Assembly: GCA_002305955.1 (NCBI GenBank)
Contig: DBRH01000012.1
Span: forward strand, 27,870-91,869
Length of the DNA: 64,000 nucleotides
Origin: Kosmotogaceae bacterium UBA1373
GTDB lineage: Bacteria; Thermotogota; Thermotogae; Petrotogales; Kosmotogaceae
Direction: 5' to 3'
Shown: piece by piece, positions 41,269 through 51,332 of the stretch
How the letters are laid out: every line of letters begins with the position of its first letter
Position numbering within the stretch: the stretch's first letter is position 1
The notes under the pieces: generated by a model
What the model saw: the letters and a program-made list of their open reading frames with translations, nothing else
The model's database searches: none
What the model was told of the DNA's origin: nothing
Made by a program: the position numbers and the translations under genes

Positions 41269-41298
41269 TATTTATACCATTTGGTATAAATAATTATA
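41263..41298. promoter_or_regulatory. perfect 36-bp palindrome (candidate operator)
   Basis: TATAATTATTTATACCA-TT-TGGTATAAATAATTATA. All 17 arm positions were checked pairwise. It ends 14 nt before the ATG at 41313. Confidence 0.6.
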
Positions 41299-41312
41299 AC
41301 GGTGATGGAATT

Positions 41313-41552
41313 ATGGCTCAAAAGAGGCTATCCAAAGCGCTTGTATATTACAATGAAGAATACTTCATACCTATAAGATTCAGCTATGATGGTATAAAAA
41401 TTTTTATAAAGGTCATCACTTCTAACTGGATAGAGTCCGCGGGTAGAGAGAGAATATACCACTTCTCGGTCCTCACCAACATGGGAGCCTACAGTCTGGA
41501 GTTCCACGAAGCACTGAAAAAATGGTACTGTCATCCACCGGAGAACGGTTGA
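41313..41552 (+). CDS. small hypothetical protein (79 aa) translationally coupled to dinB
   Basis: GGTGA RBS 7 nt upstream. The stop at 41550-41552 is 2 nt before the dinB ATG. No family recognised. Confidence 0.45.
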   Translation: MAQKRLSKALVYYNEEYFIPIRFSYDGIKIFIKVITSNWIESAGRERIYHFSVLTNMGAYSLEFHEALKKWYCHPPENG

Positions 41553-41554
41553 AA

Positions 41555-42793
41555 ATGACGGGCATAGAGTACGTGGCTCACATAGATATGGACGCTTTCT
41601 TTGCGAGTATAGAGCAGGCGGCCAACCCTTGCTTGAAAGGCCGGCCGATCGCCGTCACCGGAATCGGCAAACGCCATTCGGTAGTGACTTCGGCCAGTTA
41701 CGAAGCCAAAAGACTCGGAGTGAGATCGGGAATGCCCTTCTTTCAGGCCGTTAAGCTCTGTCCAGGTTTGATGGCGGTGAAAGTGCAATCCAGGAAGTAC
41801 GAATACGTCTCCAGAGAGATCATGAAAATGCTAAGCGGCGTTTCCCCGAGAATAATGGTGGCCAGTATAGACGAGGCTTACGTCGATCTCGGTTTCTATA
41901 CAAAGCTTGAGGAGGCTCTGAAGAGTTTCATAAAATTCAAACACGATTTGAAAGAAAGTTTCGGGATAACCGCCTCTGTGGGGGTCACGGTCAATCCGGT
42001 GCTTTCCAAAATCGCGAGCGATTATTCGAAGCCGAACGGTTTTGTCGTCGTGAAGAAGGGTCTGGAAAGGGCTTTTCTTAAGCATGTACCTTCGGGCGAC
42101 GTCCCCGGCATCGGGAGGCATACGCTTATCAAGCTGGAGTCGATGGGTTACAAAACGGTCGGAGAAGTTCTCGAGGAGTTCGAAAGAAATCCCTTAAGAC
42201 TCTACACCGCTTTCGGGAATAGCTTTCTGGGTCTAATTCAGAGTCTCACAAAAAATAGTTTTTCACGGGAGATCTTTTTCAGAGAGGAACCACCCAAATC
42301 CGTCGGCCATTCCATGACTCTTTCTGTGGATATCACCGGCCGGGAACTGGTGATGAGAGTAGCCAACTTCCTGGCCGCCAGAGTTGTTTACAGACTCGGG
42401 AGGTACTCGATGGAAAGTGCGGGACTCACTGTTCATCTTAGGTACTCCGACGGAAAGTCGCGCAGACTTTCGAAAAGACTCGGTTCCATGATCTCCTCCA
42501 TAAAGGATATGACCGAAATCCTGCCGTGGATGATCGAATCGATCTGGAAGGGAGAGGCCGTCAGGGCCGTCGGCATTACCTGCTGGAACCTCACCAAAAA
42601 GAGGCGCGGACAGCAGCTCTCACTTTTCGAAGCGAAGAGAAACCCGCTGGAAACGGCACTGGAGATCGAAAGAAAGTTTGGAGAGTATTCGATCTTTCCC
42701 GGTAATATACTATTCCTTCCCGAGATCAGAAGAGTCGAGAAACCTTCCGATCTCCATTACCAGGGCTTCTGCCGTCGCCAGGTTAGTTGCTAA
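41555..42793 (+). CDS. dinB: Y-family DNA polymerase IV
   Basis: [29 protein letters not shown] and SVGV..N..LSKIASD motifs. The ATG at 41555 has a GGAGA RBS. The tracked start at 41522 is probably too early. Confidence 0.9.
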   Translation: MTGIEYVAHIDMDAFFASIEQAANPCLKGRPIAVTGIGKRHSVVTSASYEAKRLGVRSGMPFFQAVKLCPGLMAVKVQSRKYEYVSREIMKMLSGVSPRIMVASIDEAYVDLGFYTKLEEALKSFIKFKHDLKESFGITASVGVTVNPVLSKIASDYSKPNGFVVVKKGLERAFLKHVPSGDVPGIGRHTLIKLESMGYKTVGEVLEEFERNPLRLYTAFGNSFLGLIQSLTKNSFSREIFFREEPPKSVGHSMTLSVDITGRELVMRVANFLAARVVYRLGRYSMESAGLTVHLRYSDGKSRRLSKRLGSMISSIKDMTEILPWMIESIWKGEAVRAVGITCWNLTKKRRGQQLSLFEAKRNPLETALEIERKFGEYSIFPGNILFLPEIRRVEKPSDLHYQGFCRRQVSC

Positions 42794-43117
42794 AGGTTTG
42801 TTGTGAACATCGCAGACTCTGAGCAGGGCGGTCACGTCCGGTTCGTGGGGCTGTGCCGTGAGAGGATCTCTCAGAAAGATAACGAAATCTATCTCGTCGT
42901 TGGCAATTAAAGAACCGATCTGAAGATCTCCGCCGAGTGGACCGGATTTGAAGGAAGTCAGCTCTAGTTTGACTTTCTCTTTCAGAAGGTTTCCGGTCGT
43001 ACTGGTGGCGAAGAGCCGGCAGTTTTTGAAGATATCCAGATGTTCTCTGACGAACATTATGAGATCGATTTTCTTTTTATCGTGGGCTATGAGGGCAACT
43101 CTTGGAATCCTGCTCAT
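42710..43117 (-). CDS. mgsA: methylglyoxal synthase
   Basis: [20 protein letters not shown] and [12 protein letters not shown] motifs. The ATG at 43117 follows AAGGAGGT. The tracked start at 43156 is too early. Confidence 0.9.
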   Translation of the reverse strand: MSRIPRVALIAHDKKKIDLIMFVREHLDIFKNCRLFATSTTGNLLKEKVKLELTSFKSGPLGGDLQIGSLIANDEIDFVIFLRDPLTAQPHEPDVTALLRVCDVHNKPLATNLATAEALVMEIGRFLDSSDLGKE

Positions 43118-43216
43118 AATTACCTCCTTTGATTTCCTGAAAAGATGATACCACAACGCGACCCTTAGCGACCGGGAGGCAGATCGAGTTATCGAGTTGT
43201 TGAATCGAGGTGACCT

Positions 43217-43558
43217 TTGTCTTTATCTTTTAACGAAGTCATCCTTTATGGCATAGCCACGTCCGATCCTGTATCTACAGAGCGCGGCGGCTTTTTCAAT
43301 ATAGGGGTGAAGAGATTCTCTAAAGTCGGGGAGGTTCTGGAGATATTCGAGGTTCGTTTCTTGAAGAAGAGCGCCGGGAGGGTGGTCACGGAAATACATG
43401 CCGGCAGCCTCCTCCTCCTGAAGGGAGCACTGAGAATTTATAAAAGGACCCACCACATCGACCTCGAAGATTTCGTCGTTACCACCGATCTCTTCGACAG
43501 AGACCTGGGTATAGAGATACCCAGAATAGTCACCAAGCTCGGGAGAGATTACTTCTGA
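43217..43558 (+). CDS. hypothetical protein, possibly a divergent SSB-like OB fold
   Basis: 113 aa. [13 protein letters not shown]... and LLLKGALRI resemble the SSB OB-fold pattern, but no acidic tail is recognised. TTG start with a closely spaced GAGGTGA. Confidence 0.35.
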   Translation: MSLSFNEVILYGIATSDPVSTERGGFFNIGVKRFSKVGEVLEIFEVRFLKKSAGRVVTEIHAGSLLLLKGALRIYKRTHHIDLEDFVVTTDLFDRDLGIEIPRIVTKLGRDYF

Positions 43559-44253
43559 AAGGTTTCGTAGAAGCTCTTTCTGAGATCGGAAAACAACTGC
43601 TTGTCGGCTTTCATCTGCAGATCCAAAAATTCGATATACAGATACTCCTTCTCCAGTCTGTCGGTTATCTTCAAGAACTCGAGGTTCGGAAAATAACCCT
43701 CCCTTCTCTTCAACGAAAGATATATGTGCATGAGGTTGGGGAGGTAACCGCCGCCGCCGAGAAGACCGAGTATCCTCATTCTGGATTCCGAAGGGAGTAT
43801 TTTGTAAATACTTCTATCGGAAAGAGTTTCGACTTCCCAGCTGAAATTGGATTGCTCCATGAGACCCCTGAAAAACTGTCCCAGCAGGTTCTCGATCAGT
43901 CCCGTTTCATAACTCCAGCGGTACTGCTTCCATGGAACTCCCTCTACGATACTGAAGATAACCTCTTCCCTCATAAGGTATACGAAAGCTATTTCACTCA
44001 TTTCTTCCGGCTCGAGAAACTCAATGTACAGATCCTCGCCCCCGCTCAGCATTAAACGGGCACCGACCAGAATATCTCGATAACTCGAACCATCGCCGTC
44101 GGAATCGATGATATGAAACTCCATCTTGACGCGTGCATCTATGTCGCCGCTTTCAACTATCTCCCTTATGAAGAGTGTCAGATCGTTGTATTCTTCGGTC
44201 GAAAAGGCGTACAGGGAAATGAGCACAAAGAGAAAAACCAGGATTCGCTTCAA
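43549..44253 (-). CDS. secreted/periplasmic hypothetical protein
   Basis: 234 aa. Signal peptide MKRILVFLFVLISLYAFS. No catalytic motif seen. A LolA-like fold is possible but unverified. Confidence 0.55.
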   Translation of the reverse strand: MKRILVFLFVLISLYAFSTEEYNDLTLFIREIVESGDIDARVKMEFHIIDSDGDGSSYRDILVGARLMLSGGEDLYIEFLEPEEMSEIAFVYLMREEVIFSIVEGVPWKQYRWSYETGLIENLLGQFFRGLMEQSNFSWEVETLSDRSIYKILPSESRMRILGLLGGGGYLPNLMHIYLSLKRREGYFPNLEFLKITDRLEKEYLYIEFLDLQMKADKQLFSDLRKSFYETFQK

Positions 44254-44325
44254 TCGCTTTCACCTCGGCACATTATAACATGTCAATCGGGGGTAAAAAT
44301 GATAAGATCTTTATGAGGTGATACT

Positions 44326-45843
44326 TTGAAAGTTGCATTTCCAGCGCAGATGAGAAGAATAGACGGACTGATCATCGAAAGAGGGGTTCCCTCTATGTTG
44401 CTCATGGAAAATGCTTCGAGGAGCGTACTCGAGGAAGTTCTGAAATACCTCTCGGTCAAGGAGGTTGCGATACTTTGCGGTGGAGGTAACAACGGCGGGG
44501 ACGGTTACGCGGTGGGGAGGTTGCTGCTGAACGCCGGAAAGACTGTCTCTGTAATCGAATGCTATCGTCCTTCCACGCCCGATACGATCTTCAACGCTTC
44601 TCTCTTCGTCTCTTTAGGAGGAAGGATACACCGATTCGAAGAGGGTACGGCAGAGAGCCTCCTTTCGCGTGCCGATATGATAATAGACTCCGTATTCGGG
44701 ACGGGCTTTCACGGAGAGTTGCAGGGAAAAGTCGCCGAATTGGTAGAGTACGGCAACGGACTGAAATCCATAAAGCTGGCGGTGGATATTCCCTCCGGAG
44801 TTTCCGGCTTCGATGGAAGCGTTCGAGGAGTGGCTTTCAGGGCCGATAAAACTGTGACTTTCGGAGCCGGGAAGGTAGGTCATTACCTTCATCCCGGGCG
44901 CGATTACTGCGGCGAGGTGGTTGTGAGGAGCGAAGGCTTCTCCAGAGAGATCCTCGACGGACAACTCGATTCGTCGGTCATAGATGAGGAGCTGGTTCTG
45001 AAACTCCTCCCGGAACGTCCCGTCGATAGTCATAAGGGCACGTACGGGAGCGTGCTGGTTGTGGGCGGAAGTGAAATCTACACGGGTGCACCCTTCCTGA
45101 GTGCTCTCGGCGCCCTGAGATCGGGCTGCGGCATCATCTACACCTACACTCCCCCGGGAGCGGCCGTGGTTATACGTAACAACCTTCCCGAAGCAATTGC
45201 GGTAGTCGGCAAGGGGTCGCACATATTTCGCGACGATCTCGATGCGATAGTCGAACTCGCGAAAAAGGCCGATTCTATCGTTATTGGTCCGGGAATCGGA
45301 AGAGATGAAGAGACGGTAGAAACCGTTCTGGAGTTGATCAAGATCTTCTCAAAAAGCCGGATGGTCCTGGATGCCGATGGTCTGTATGCTCTCTCGAAGG
45401 ATTTGACGGTACTATCGCACACGGAGGACATCCTCCTGACCCCCCACCCCGGCGAGTTCAGGCGTCTGGGCGGAGGCGAAACCGGTCTAAAATCTCTGAT
45501 GGATTTCTGCGAGAAATTCCGGTGTAGAGTTATCTTGAAGGGATCGAGTTCCGTTTTGTGCAACCCCGACGGAAAGTTGAGCATAAACATCGCCGGCACG
45601 ACCGGACTCGCGAAGGGCGGCAGCGGCGATCTTTTGAGCGGTACGATTGGAAGTTTTGCGGCTCAGACCGGAGATCTCGAAAGAGCCGCCATTCTTGGGA
45701 TGTATTTCATGGGGAAAGCGGCGGAATTGAGCGATGAATCTGACGCGTCGAATACCGCTTCCAGTATCGGGAAAGAATACTCCCGGGTATTTTCCTGTCT
45801 GGTTGGAAGAGTAAGGGGAGAGAAACATGGAATTGGGACATGA
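44326..45843 (+). CDS. nnr: bifunctional NAD(P)H-hydrate epimerase / ADP-dependent dehydratase
   Basis: 505 aa. YjeF-N domain (CGGGNNGGDGY) plus a C-terminal kinase-like domain (GTTGLAKGGSGDLLSG). TTG start. Confidence 0.9.
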   Translation: MKVAFPAQMRRIDGLIIERGVPSMLLMENASRSVLEEVLKYLSVKEVAILCGGGNNGGDGYAVGRLLLNAGKTVSVIECYRPSTPDTIFNASLFVSLGGRIHRFEEGTAESLLSRADMIIDSVFGTGFHGELQGKVAELVEYGNGLKSIKLAVDIPSGVSGFDGSVRGVAFRADKTVTFGAGKVGHYLHPGRDYCGEVVVRSEGFSREILDGQLDSSVIDEELVLKLLPERPVDSHKGTYGSVLVVGGSEIYTGAPFLSALGALRSGCGIIYTYTPPGAAVVIRNNLPEAIAVVGKGSHIFRDDLDAIVELAKKADSIVIGPGIGRDEETVETVLELIKIFSKSRMVLDADGLYALSKDLTVLSHTEDILLTPHPGEFRRLGGGETGLKSLMDFCEKFRCRVILKGSSSVLCNPDGKLSINIAGTTGLAKGGSGDLLSGTIGSFAAQTGDLERAAILGMYFMGKAAELSDESDASNTASSIGKEYSRVFSCLVGRVRGEKHGIGT

Positions 45844-47023
45844 AGTATCTCAGAAGCTCGAACAGAGGCAAGGCTTATCCTTAAGATCTCAGCAGGCCCT
45901 GAAGTTGCTGCAGTTGAACTCTCAGGAAATAACCGCGGAGCTGGAGGAGATAGTGCAGGCCAATCCTCTGCTCGAGATCAAGAGGGACGATTACGATCTC
46001 ATCGAAGACAGTGAGGATAAAGAAAGAAGAAACGAAGACGAAGAGAACGTTGAGGATGGAGATCTCTACTCTCAGCCGATACAGTATTCGGTTTACATGA
46101 GAGAAGAGAGTTCAGACAGAGAAGGCTGGGACTTCGACAGGCTCGAGGCGCAACAACCTACTTTCAGAGAGATACTCAAGGATTTTGCTTACTACGTTCT
46201 CGACGATCGACAGTACGGTCTTTTCGAAACGCTCCTGGATAACATGGACGACTACGGTCTCCTCAGCAGGGATCTCGAAGCGGTATCAAAGGAGGGTAAC
46301 TGCAGTCTGGAGGAACTCGACTCGATTATAGGGGTACTCAGGGAGAGCGGTTTCGATGGTGTCTTCGCCAGGGACAGGGAGGAATTGAGCGAACTGATGG
46401 ACGGGGGGCTTTACCCCTCCTCGGGCTACAGCGACGGAACTTATGTCCGGTATGTCGAGCCCGATCTGTACATCGAATTTTTCGACGAGAAATTCATGGT
46501 GACCGTCAGGGACTGTTCACTGATTCTCAACATCGAGGATTCTTACAGAGAGATCCTTGAAAACGGTGAGAAGAGCGCCAGGGATTATTTAGAAGATAAG
46601 CTTGAAGAGGCCCAGTTCTTTGTCAGCGCTCTCGAGAGGAGAAAGACAACGCTTCTGGCCATAGGAAACGAAATAGTGATGAGAAACGCTGTCTTTCTCC
46701 TCAACCGGGGAGATAAGATAAGACCGCTCAAGATGAACGAAATTGCCGACAAACTCGGCGTTGTGGTGTCAACCGTAAGCCGCGCCGTGAAGGGTAAATT
46801 CATCCAGACACCCGCAGGCACTTTTCCTTTGAGGTATTTCTTTGGAAACCTCCAGGAGAAGGAACAGGCTCTGGAGATCATAGCGGAGATCGTAAGAAAT
46901 AACGAAGAGATCTCAGATTCCCGGCTGGTTAACGAGTTGAACAACAGGGGGATATCGATCGCCAGACGCACCGTGAACAAGTACCGTAACCTTCTGGGCC
47001 TCGGAAAGGACAGCCAGTCTTGA
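45827..47023 (+). CDS. rpoN: RNA polymerase sigma-54 factor (short form)
   Basis: 398 aa. Region I: LEQRQGLSLRSQQALKLLQLNSQEITAELEEIVQANPLLE. HTH: VSTVSRAVKGKF. RpoN box: ARRTVNKYR. Confidence 0.8.
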   Translation: MELGHEVSQKLEQRQGLSLRSQQALKLLQLNSQEITAELEEIVQANPLLEIKRDDYDLIEDSEDKERRNEDEENVEDGDLYSQPIQYSVYMREESSDREGWDFDRLEAQQPTFREILKDFAYYVLDDRQYGLFETLLDNMDDYGLLSRDLEAVSKEGNCSLEELDSIIGVLRESGFDGVFARDREELSELMDGGLYPSSGYSDGTYVRYVEPDLYIEFFDEKFMVTVRDCSLILNIEDSYREILENGEKSARDYLEDKLEEAQFFVSALERRKTTLLAIGNEIVMRNAVFLLNRGDKIRPLKMNEIADKLGVVVSTVSRAVKGKFIQTPAGTFPLRYFFGNLQEKEQALEIIAEIVRNNEEISDSRLVNELNNRGISIARRTVNKYRNLLGLGKDSQS

Positions 47024-47670
47024 AGGCCGGACTCTTTCTGGGAGGTCAGTACCCTTCCTCGAATGATTATTACTCGAGAAGGATTTCGAAGATGGGTGTG
47101 ATAGTCGCCGCCGATTCTGGCGCCGAAAAACTCCGCGAACTCGAGAGACCGCCGGAGATACTGGTGGGAGACATGGATTCGATATCTCCCGCGACTCTCG
47201 ACTGGTGCAAAAAAAGTGGCGCCCAGATCCTGATCTTTCCGCCGGAGAAGGACGATACGGACACGACTCTGGCCATAAAGACCCTTTACGAAAGGGGTGC
47301 GCTCGATGTCGATATCTTCGGTGCATCGGGAAGACGTGAGGATCACTTCCTGGCGACGCTTTTCTCTATCTACGGCGCCGATACCGGCATGAAACTCCTC
47401 ATAACCGAGGAGAACTTCCAGGCCGGTCTCATGAAGGATGGTGATTCCTGCACGATCATGGAAGCTATCGAGGGCGAAACCTGGTCTTTTCTACCTTTCG
47501 GTGGTGGCCTTCCGGTCGTGACTCTGGAGGGATTCAAGTATCCTCTAAAAGGGCAGACTCTCGATTACACAAGGCCGCTCGGGGTTTCAAACGTGGCCAC
47601 GGGACCTCTGGTTAAAGTGCTGTGCAGAGGAGGTGCGCTTATCTATTTCAGATGGTTAAAAGAATTCTGA
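47020..47670 (+). CDS. thiN: thiamine pyrophosphokinase
   Basis: 216 aa. ADSGA, GDMDSI and KDDTD motifs. TTG start overlapping the rpoN stop. Confidence 0.8.
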   Translation: MKAGLFLGGQYPSSNDYYSRRISKMGVIVAADSGAEKLRELERPPEILVGDMDSISPATLDWCKKSGAQILIFPPEKDDTDTTLAIKTLYERGALDVDIFGASGRREDHFLATLFSIYGADTGMKLLITEENFQAGLMKDGDSCTIMEAIEGETWSFLPFGGGLPVVTLEGFKYPLKGQTLDYTRPLGVSNVATGPLVKVLCRGGALIYFRWLKEF

Positions 47671-48188
47671 TACTGTCCGATACACACGGGGCTTTTGAAA
47701 TAACAAAAGCGATCATCGATAAATTCGGACCTTTCGAAATGATCCTCCACTGCGGAGATTATCTCTACCACGGTCCGCGCAATCCAATTCCCGCCGATTA
47801 CGACCCTATTTCCCTTTCGACGCTCTTCAAAGATATGGGGGATCGACTGGTGGGTGTTAAGGGGAATTGCGATAGCGAAATAGATCTGACTTTGATCGGT
47901 AAAGACAGACTTCCAGACTCGAGAGTCGTACATATAAACGGGCTCGACATTTACATGTACCACGGGCACAGAAAGGAGAGTTTTCCCTTCGAAAGGGGAT
48001 TAGTGATCAGCGGCCATACCCATTTGCGGAGACTGGTGAGAGAAGGCTCCCTGCTTTTGCTCAATCCGGGAAGCCCTTCACTTCCAAAGGACGCCTCTCC
48101 CGGTTCTTTCGGTACAATTGACTTCAAAAAAAGAGAGATCTCCGTTTTCAATCTCACCGGAGCCAGGTCGGAAGGCGAAACTTTCTGA
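47652..48188 (+). CDS. YfcE/MJ0936-type metallophosphoesterase
   Basis: MVKRILILSDTHG, HCGD, GNCD and GHTH motifs. The ATG at 47652 is preferred over the tracked 47622. Confidence 0.8.
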   Translation: MVKRILILSDTHGAFEITKAIIDKFGPFEMILHCGDYLYHGPRNPIPADYDPISLSTLFKDMGDRLVGVKGNCDSEIDLTLIGKDRLPDSRVVHINGLDIYMYHGHRKESFPFERGLVISGHTHLRRLVREGSLLLLNPGSPSLPKDASPGSFGTIDFKKREISVFNLTGARSEGETF

Positions 48189-48257
48189 CTCTCTGCGACG
48201 GCTTTAGAAAAACATGTTACAGAAGCCATGATATAATAAGTATCTGGGTGAGGTATT

Positions 48258-48884
48258 ATGTTGTTGAAATGGCATGGACATTCATGTTTTTCTGTGGTTT
48301 CCAAAGAGAGGACTCTACTGATAGACCCCTTCGATGAGGGAGTCGGTTATCCGTTGCCTGCGGTAAGGCCGTCCATAATAGTTGAATCTCATCAGCACCA
48401 CGACCACAATTCTCACGACAGATATGCAGGCGAGTACGTTCTGATTAACAGAACCGGGAAGACGCAGGTCCATGGATTCTCTATCGAAGGTCATCCCACC
48501 TTCCACGATGAATTCGGCGGTAAGAAGCGCGGTCCCAACATCGTGTTTGAGATAACCACTCATGACGGTTTCAGGATAGTCCATTGTGGCGATCTCGGTC
48601 ACAGACTCACCGAGGAACTGTCGAGCAGACTCGAGGGGCCGGATGTCTTACTGATCCCGGTTGGTGGTGTCTATACGATCGATGCGGCCGTCGCCAGAGA
48701 GATAACAAAGAGGATCGGTCCCTCGTTCGTGGTCCCCATGCACTACAAGACGAAAGCCCTTAGGTTCGAACTGGGTTCTGTAGATTCGTTCATCGCCGGC
48801 GAACCTTTCGAGAGCTTGAAGGAGCTACGGCTGGAAGCTAAGAGTGCAGATGGGACGAAGATAGTTGTTCTGAGTTACAGCTGA
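48258..48884 (+). CDS. metallo-beta-lactamase-fold hydrolase (UPF0173-like)
   Basis: 208 aa. MLLKWHGHSCF N-terminus, HQHHDH motif, and CGDLGH. Confidence 0.8.
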   Translation: MLLKWHGHSCFSVVSKERTLLIDPFDEGVGYPLPAVRPSIIVESHQHHDHNSHDRYAGEYVLINRTGKTQVHGFSIEGHPTFHDEFGGKKRGPNIVFEITTHDGFRIVHCGDLGHRLTEELSSRLEGPDVLLIPVGGVYTIDAAVAREITKRIGPSFVVPMHYKTKALRFELGSVDSFIAGEPFESLKELRLEAKSADGTKIVVLSYS

Positions 48885-48897
48885 TCGAAGGTGAAGC

Positions 48898-49224
48898 ATG
48901 GACGAAAAGAAGTTGATGTCTCTCCTGGGAATCGGTAGAAAAGCAAACAAGGTTGTGTTTGGCAAGGATCAACTGAGAAGTTATTTGAGGCAGCCGGTTA
49001 AAAACAAAATACTTTTTCTGGCGAGCGATACCAGTGCTTCCATAAAAGAAGACTGGATTTCAAGATGCAAAAGCCACGGTGCCAGGTGCGTCCTCCTCAA
49101 AGAACACGACCGTATCGCTCTGGGAAAAGCCATCGGAAAGAACAACATATCGGCGGTAGCGATATCCGACGGTGGTTTAGCAGAGGAGATTTCAAAGATG
49201 ATGACGCAGGCGGGAGGTGACTGA
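48898..49224 (+). CDS. L7Ae-family RNA-binding protein (YlxQ-like)
   Basis: 108 aa. GIGRKANKVVFG pattern. Its position immediately upstream of infB matches ylxQ. Confidence 0.7.
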   Translation: MDEKKLMSLLGIGRKANKVVFGKDQLRSYLRQPVKNKILFLASDTSASIKEDWISRCKSHGARCVLLKEHDRIALGKAIGKNNISAVAISDGGLAEEISKMMTQAGGD

Positions 49225-49228
49225 GCTT

Positions 49229-51313
49229 ATGCCAAAGGCCAGAGTGTACGAGCTTGCTAAAAGATTAAATATATCGGCAAGAGAACTGCTGGATGAGCTG
49301 GAAGAGCTCGGTGTTACTGTCAAGAACCATATGTCGGTTCTCGACGATGAAACTGTGAATATCATAGTGGGCCTCTATGAAGAAGAGAAAAAAGAAACGG
49401 CGAGAAAGAACGAAAAGGCCAAGATTAAGGTTCAGGAAAAGGAAGTCAAAAAGCTCGAAAAGAAGCTCGTTTCCAAGGAGGAGACGCCCCTGGAGAAAAA
49501 GGCTCCTGTCCAGCAGGCGGCCAGAACGATAAAACTCAAAAGCGATGAATTCAAACTCGATACGCTGGCCAAGAAGATGAATATTCCAATTTCGAAGATA
49601 ATCAAAGACCAGTTCATGAAAGGCATAATCCTGAGACCGGGACAGATACTTTCCATGGACGACACGAGAAACATCGCCTCTCAGTACGAATGGGAAATAG
49701 AACTCGTTCAGGAAGACGAAGTTAATCCCTTCGAGAGGCTCGTAGAGTCCTACCAGAACACCTACCGGGAGGGGGTCAGGCTGGTTCAGAGACCGCCAGT
49801 GGTCACTGTGATGGGTCACGTTGACCACGGAAAGACAACGTTGCTCGACAGGATAAGGAAGGCTAAGGTCGCCGAAGGTGAGATCGGGGGCATAACACAG
49901 TCCATAGGTGCGTACCAGGTAGAGATAAGGGGTAAGAAGATAACCTTCATCGATACGCCCGGCCACGAAGCCTTCACGGAGATGAGGGCGCGCGGTGCAC
50001 AGGCTACGGATATCGTGGTTCTGGTAGTGGCAGCGGACGACGGCGTTATGCCGCAGACCATAGAGGCTTACAATCACGCGAAAACCGCTAACGTACCAAT
50101 AATCGTCGCTATAAATAAGATAGACAAACCCAACGCCAACATCGACCTCACGAAGCAGCAACTGGCTTCGAAGCTGGGCCTGGTTCCGGAAGACTGGGGA
50201 GGCGACACCGTTACCGTTCCCGTATCTGCCAAAACCGGCAAAGGAGTCGAAGACGTCCTCGAGATGATTCTACTGGTCGCCGAGGTGGCCGATATAAAGT
50301 GCATACCTCAGGGTCATGCGCGCGGGATAATCATCGATTCCAGGCTAGACAAAGCTGTGGGGCCTCTGGCCACGCTGGTTGTGAAGGACGGAGTGCTGAA
50401 GGCCGGAGATTACGTAGTCGCCGGTAGTTCGGCCGGAAGGGTCAAGGCGCTGATAAACGAGAACGGCAAGCGGATTAAAGAGGCACATCCCTCTGATCCC
50501 TTACAGATCATCGGTTTCGATGAAGTACCGGACGTCCACAGTATCGTCTACGTTGTGGACGATCTCGATACTTCCAGAGGCCTTTCCCAGTACAGCAAAG
50601 GCCAGCTACAGAAAGAGAAGTCGGTAACCAACAAGCGCCACGTTCGACTGGAGGAGTTCCTCTCGATGACCGGAGAATCGAACGAGAAGAAAGATCTCAA
50701 GCTCATACTCAAAGCCGATTCTTTTGGAACCGTCGAAGCTCTGAAGCAGGCCATGTTGAAACTGGAAAATACAGATGTACGAATAGAAGTTGTGCACTCG
50801 GGGATAGGCTCGGTTAATTCCAGCGACGTTATGCTCGCGTCGGCCTCCGATGCCGTAATAATGGGTTTCAAGGTCAAACCCGACGCTCAAGCCCGTCGCC
50901 AGGCCGAAGTGGAGGGTGTACAGATAAAGGTTTACGAGATCATATTCAATCTTATCGACGATCTGAAGAAAGCGCTAGAAGGCTTGCTGGAACCTGAAGA
51001 GGTTGAAGAAGTGACCGGCCGGGGACATGTAAAGAAGATCTTCAAGATCAGCAAGGTCGGTACGATTGCCGGTGTTCAATTGATCGAAGGACACGTCCTC
51101 AAAAAGGGGAAGATGCGCGTCTATAGAAACAACGAGGAGATCGCCGATACAGATATAGAGTTTCTCAAGCACTACAAAGACGACGCGAGTAGGGTCGATG
51201 CGCCCAAGGAGTGTGGAATAAAGGCCGTAGGATTCGACGAATTCGAAGATGGCGATCAGCTGGAGTTTCACACCAAAAAGAGCGTCAGGAGAACCATAGA
51301 TTTCAACGAATAG
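49229..51313 (+). CDS. infB: translation initiation factor IF-2
   Basis: IF2-N ([13 protein letters not shown]). G domain ([24 protein letters not shown]). C-terminal domains are present. The ATG at 49229 follows GGGAGGTGA by 8 nt. Confidence 0.95.
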   Translation: MPKARVYELAKRLNISARELLDELEELGVTVKNHMSVLDDETVNIIVGLYEEEKKETARKNEKAKIKVQEKEVKKLEKKLVSKEETPLEKKAPVQQAARTIKLKSDEFKLDTLAKKMNIPISKIIKDQFMKGIILRPGQILSMDDTRNIASQYEWEIELVQEDEVNPFERLVESYQNTYREGVRLVQRPPVVTVMGHVDHGKTTLLDRIRKAKVAEGEIGGITQSIGAYQVEIRGKKITFIDTPGHEAFTEMRARGAQATDIVVLVVAADDGVMPQTIEAYNHAKTANVPIIVAINKIDKPNANIDLTKQQLASKLGLVPEDWGGDTVTVPVSAKTGKGVEDVLEMILLVAEVADIKCIPQGHARGIIIDSRLDKAVGPLATLVVKDGVLKAGDYVVAGSSAGRVKALINENGKRIKEAHPSDPLQIIGFDEVPDVHSIVYVVDDLDTSRGLSQYSKGQLQKEKSVTNKRHVRLEEFLSMTGESNEKKDLKLILKADSFGTVEALKQAMLKLENTDVRIEVVHSGIGSVNSSDVMLASASDAVIMGFKVKPDAQARRQAEVEGVQIKVYEIIFNLIDDLKKALEGLLEPEEVEEVTGRGHVKKIFKISKVGTIAGVQLIEGHVLKKGKMRVYRNNEEIADTDIEFLKHYKDDASRVDAPKECGIKAVGFDEFEDGDQLEFHTKKSVRRTIDFNE

Positions 51314-51332
51314 TGGATCTTGAATTTTGAAT

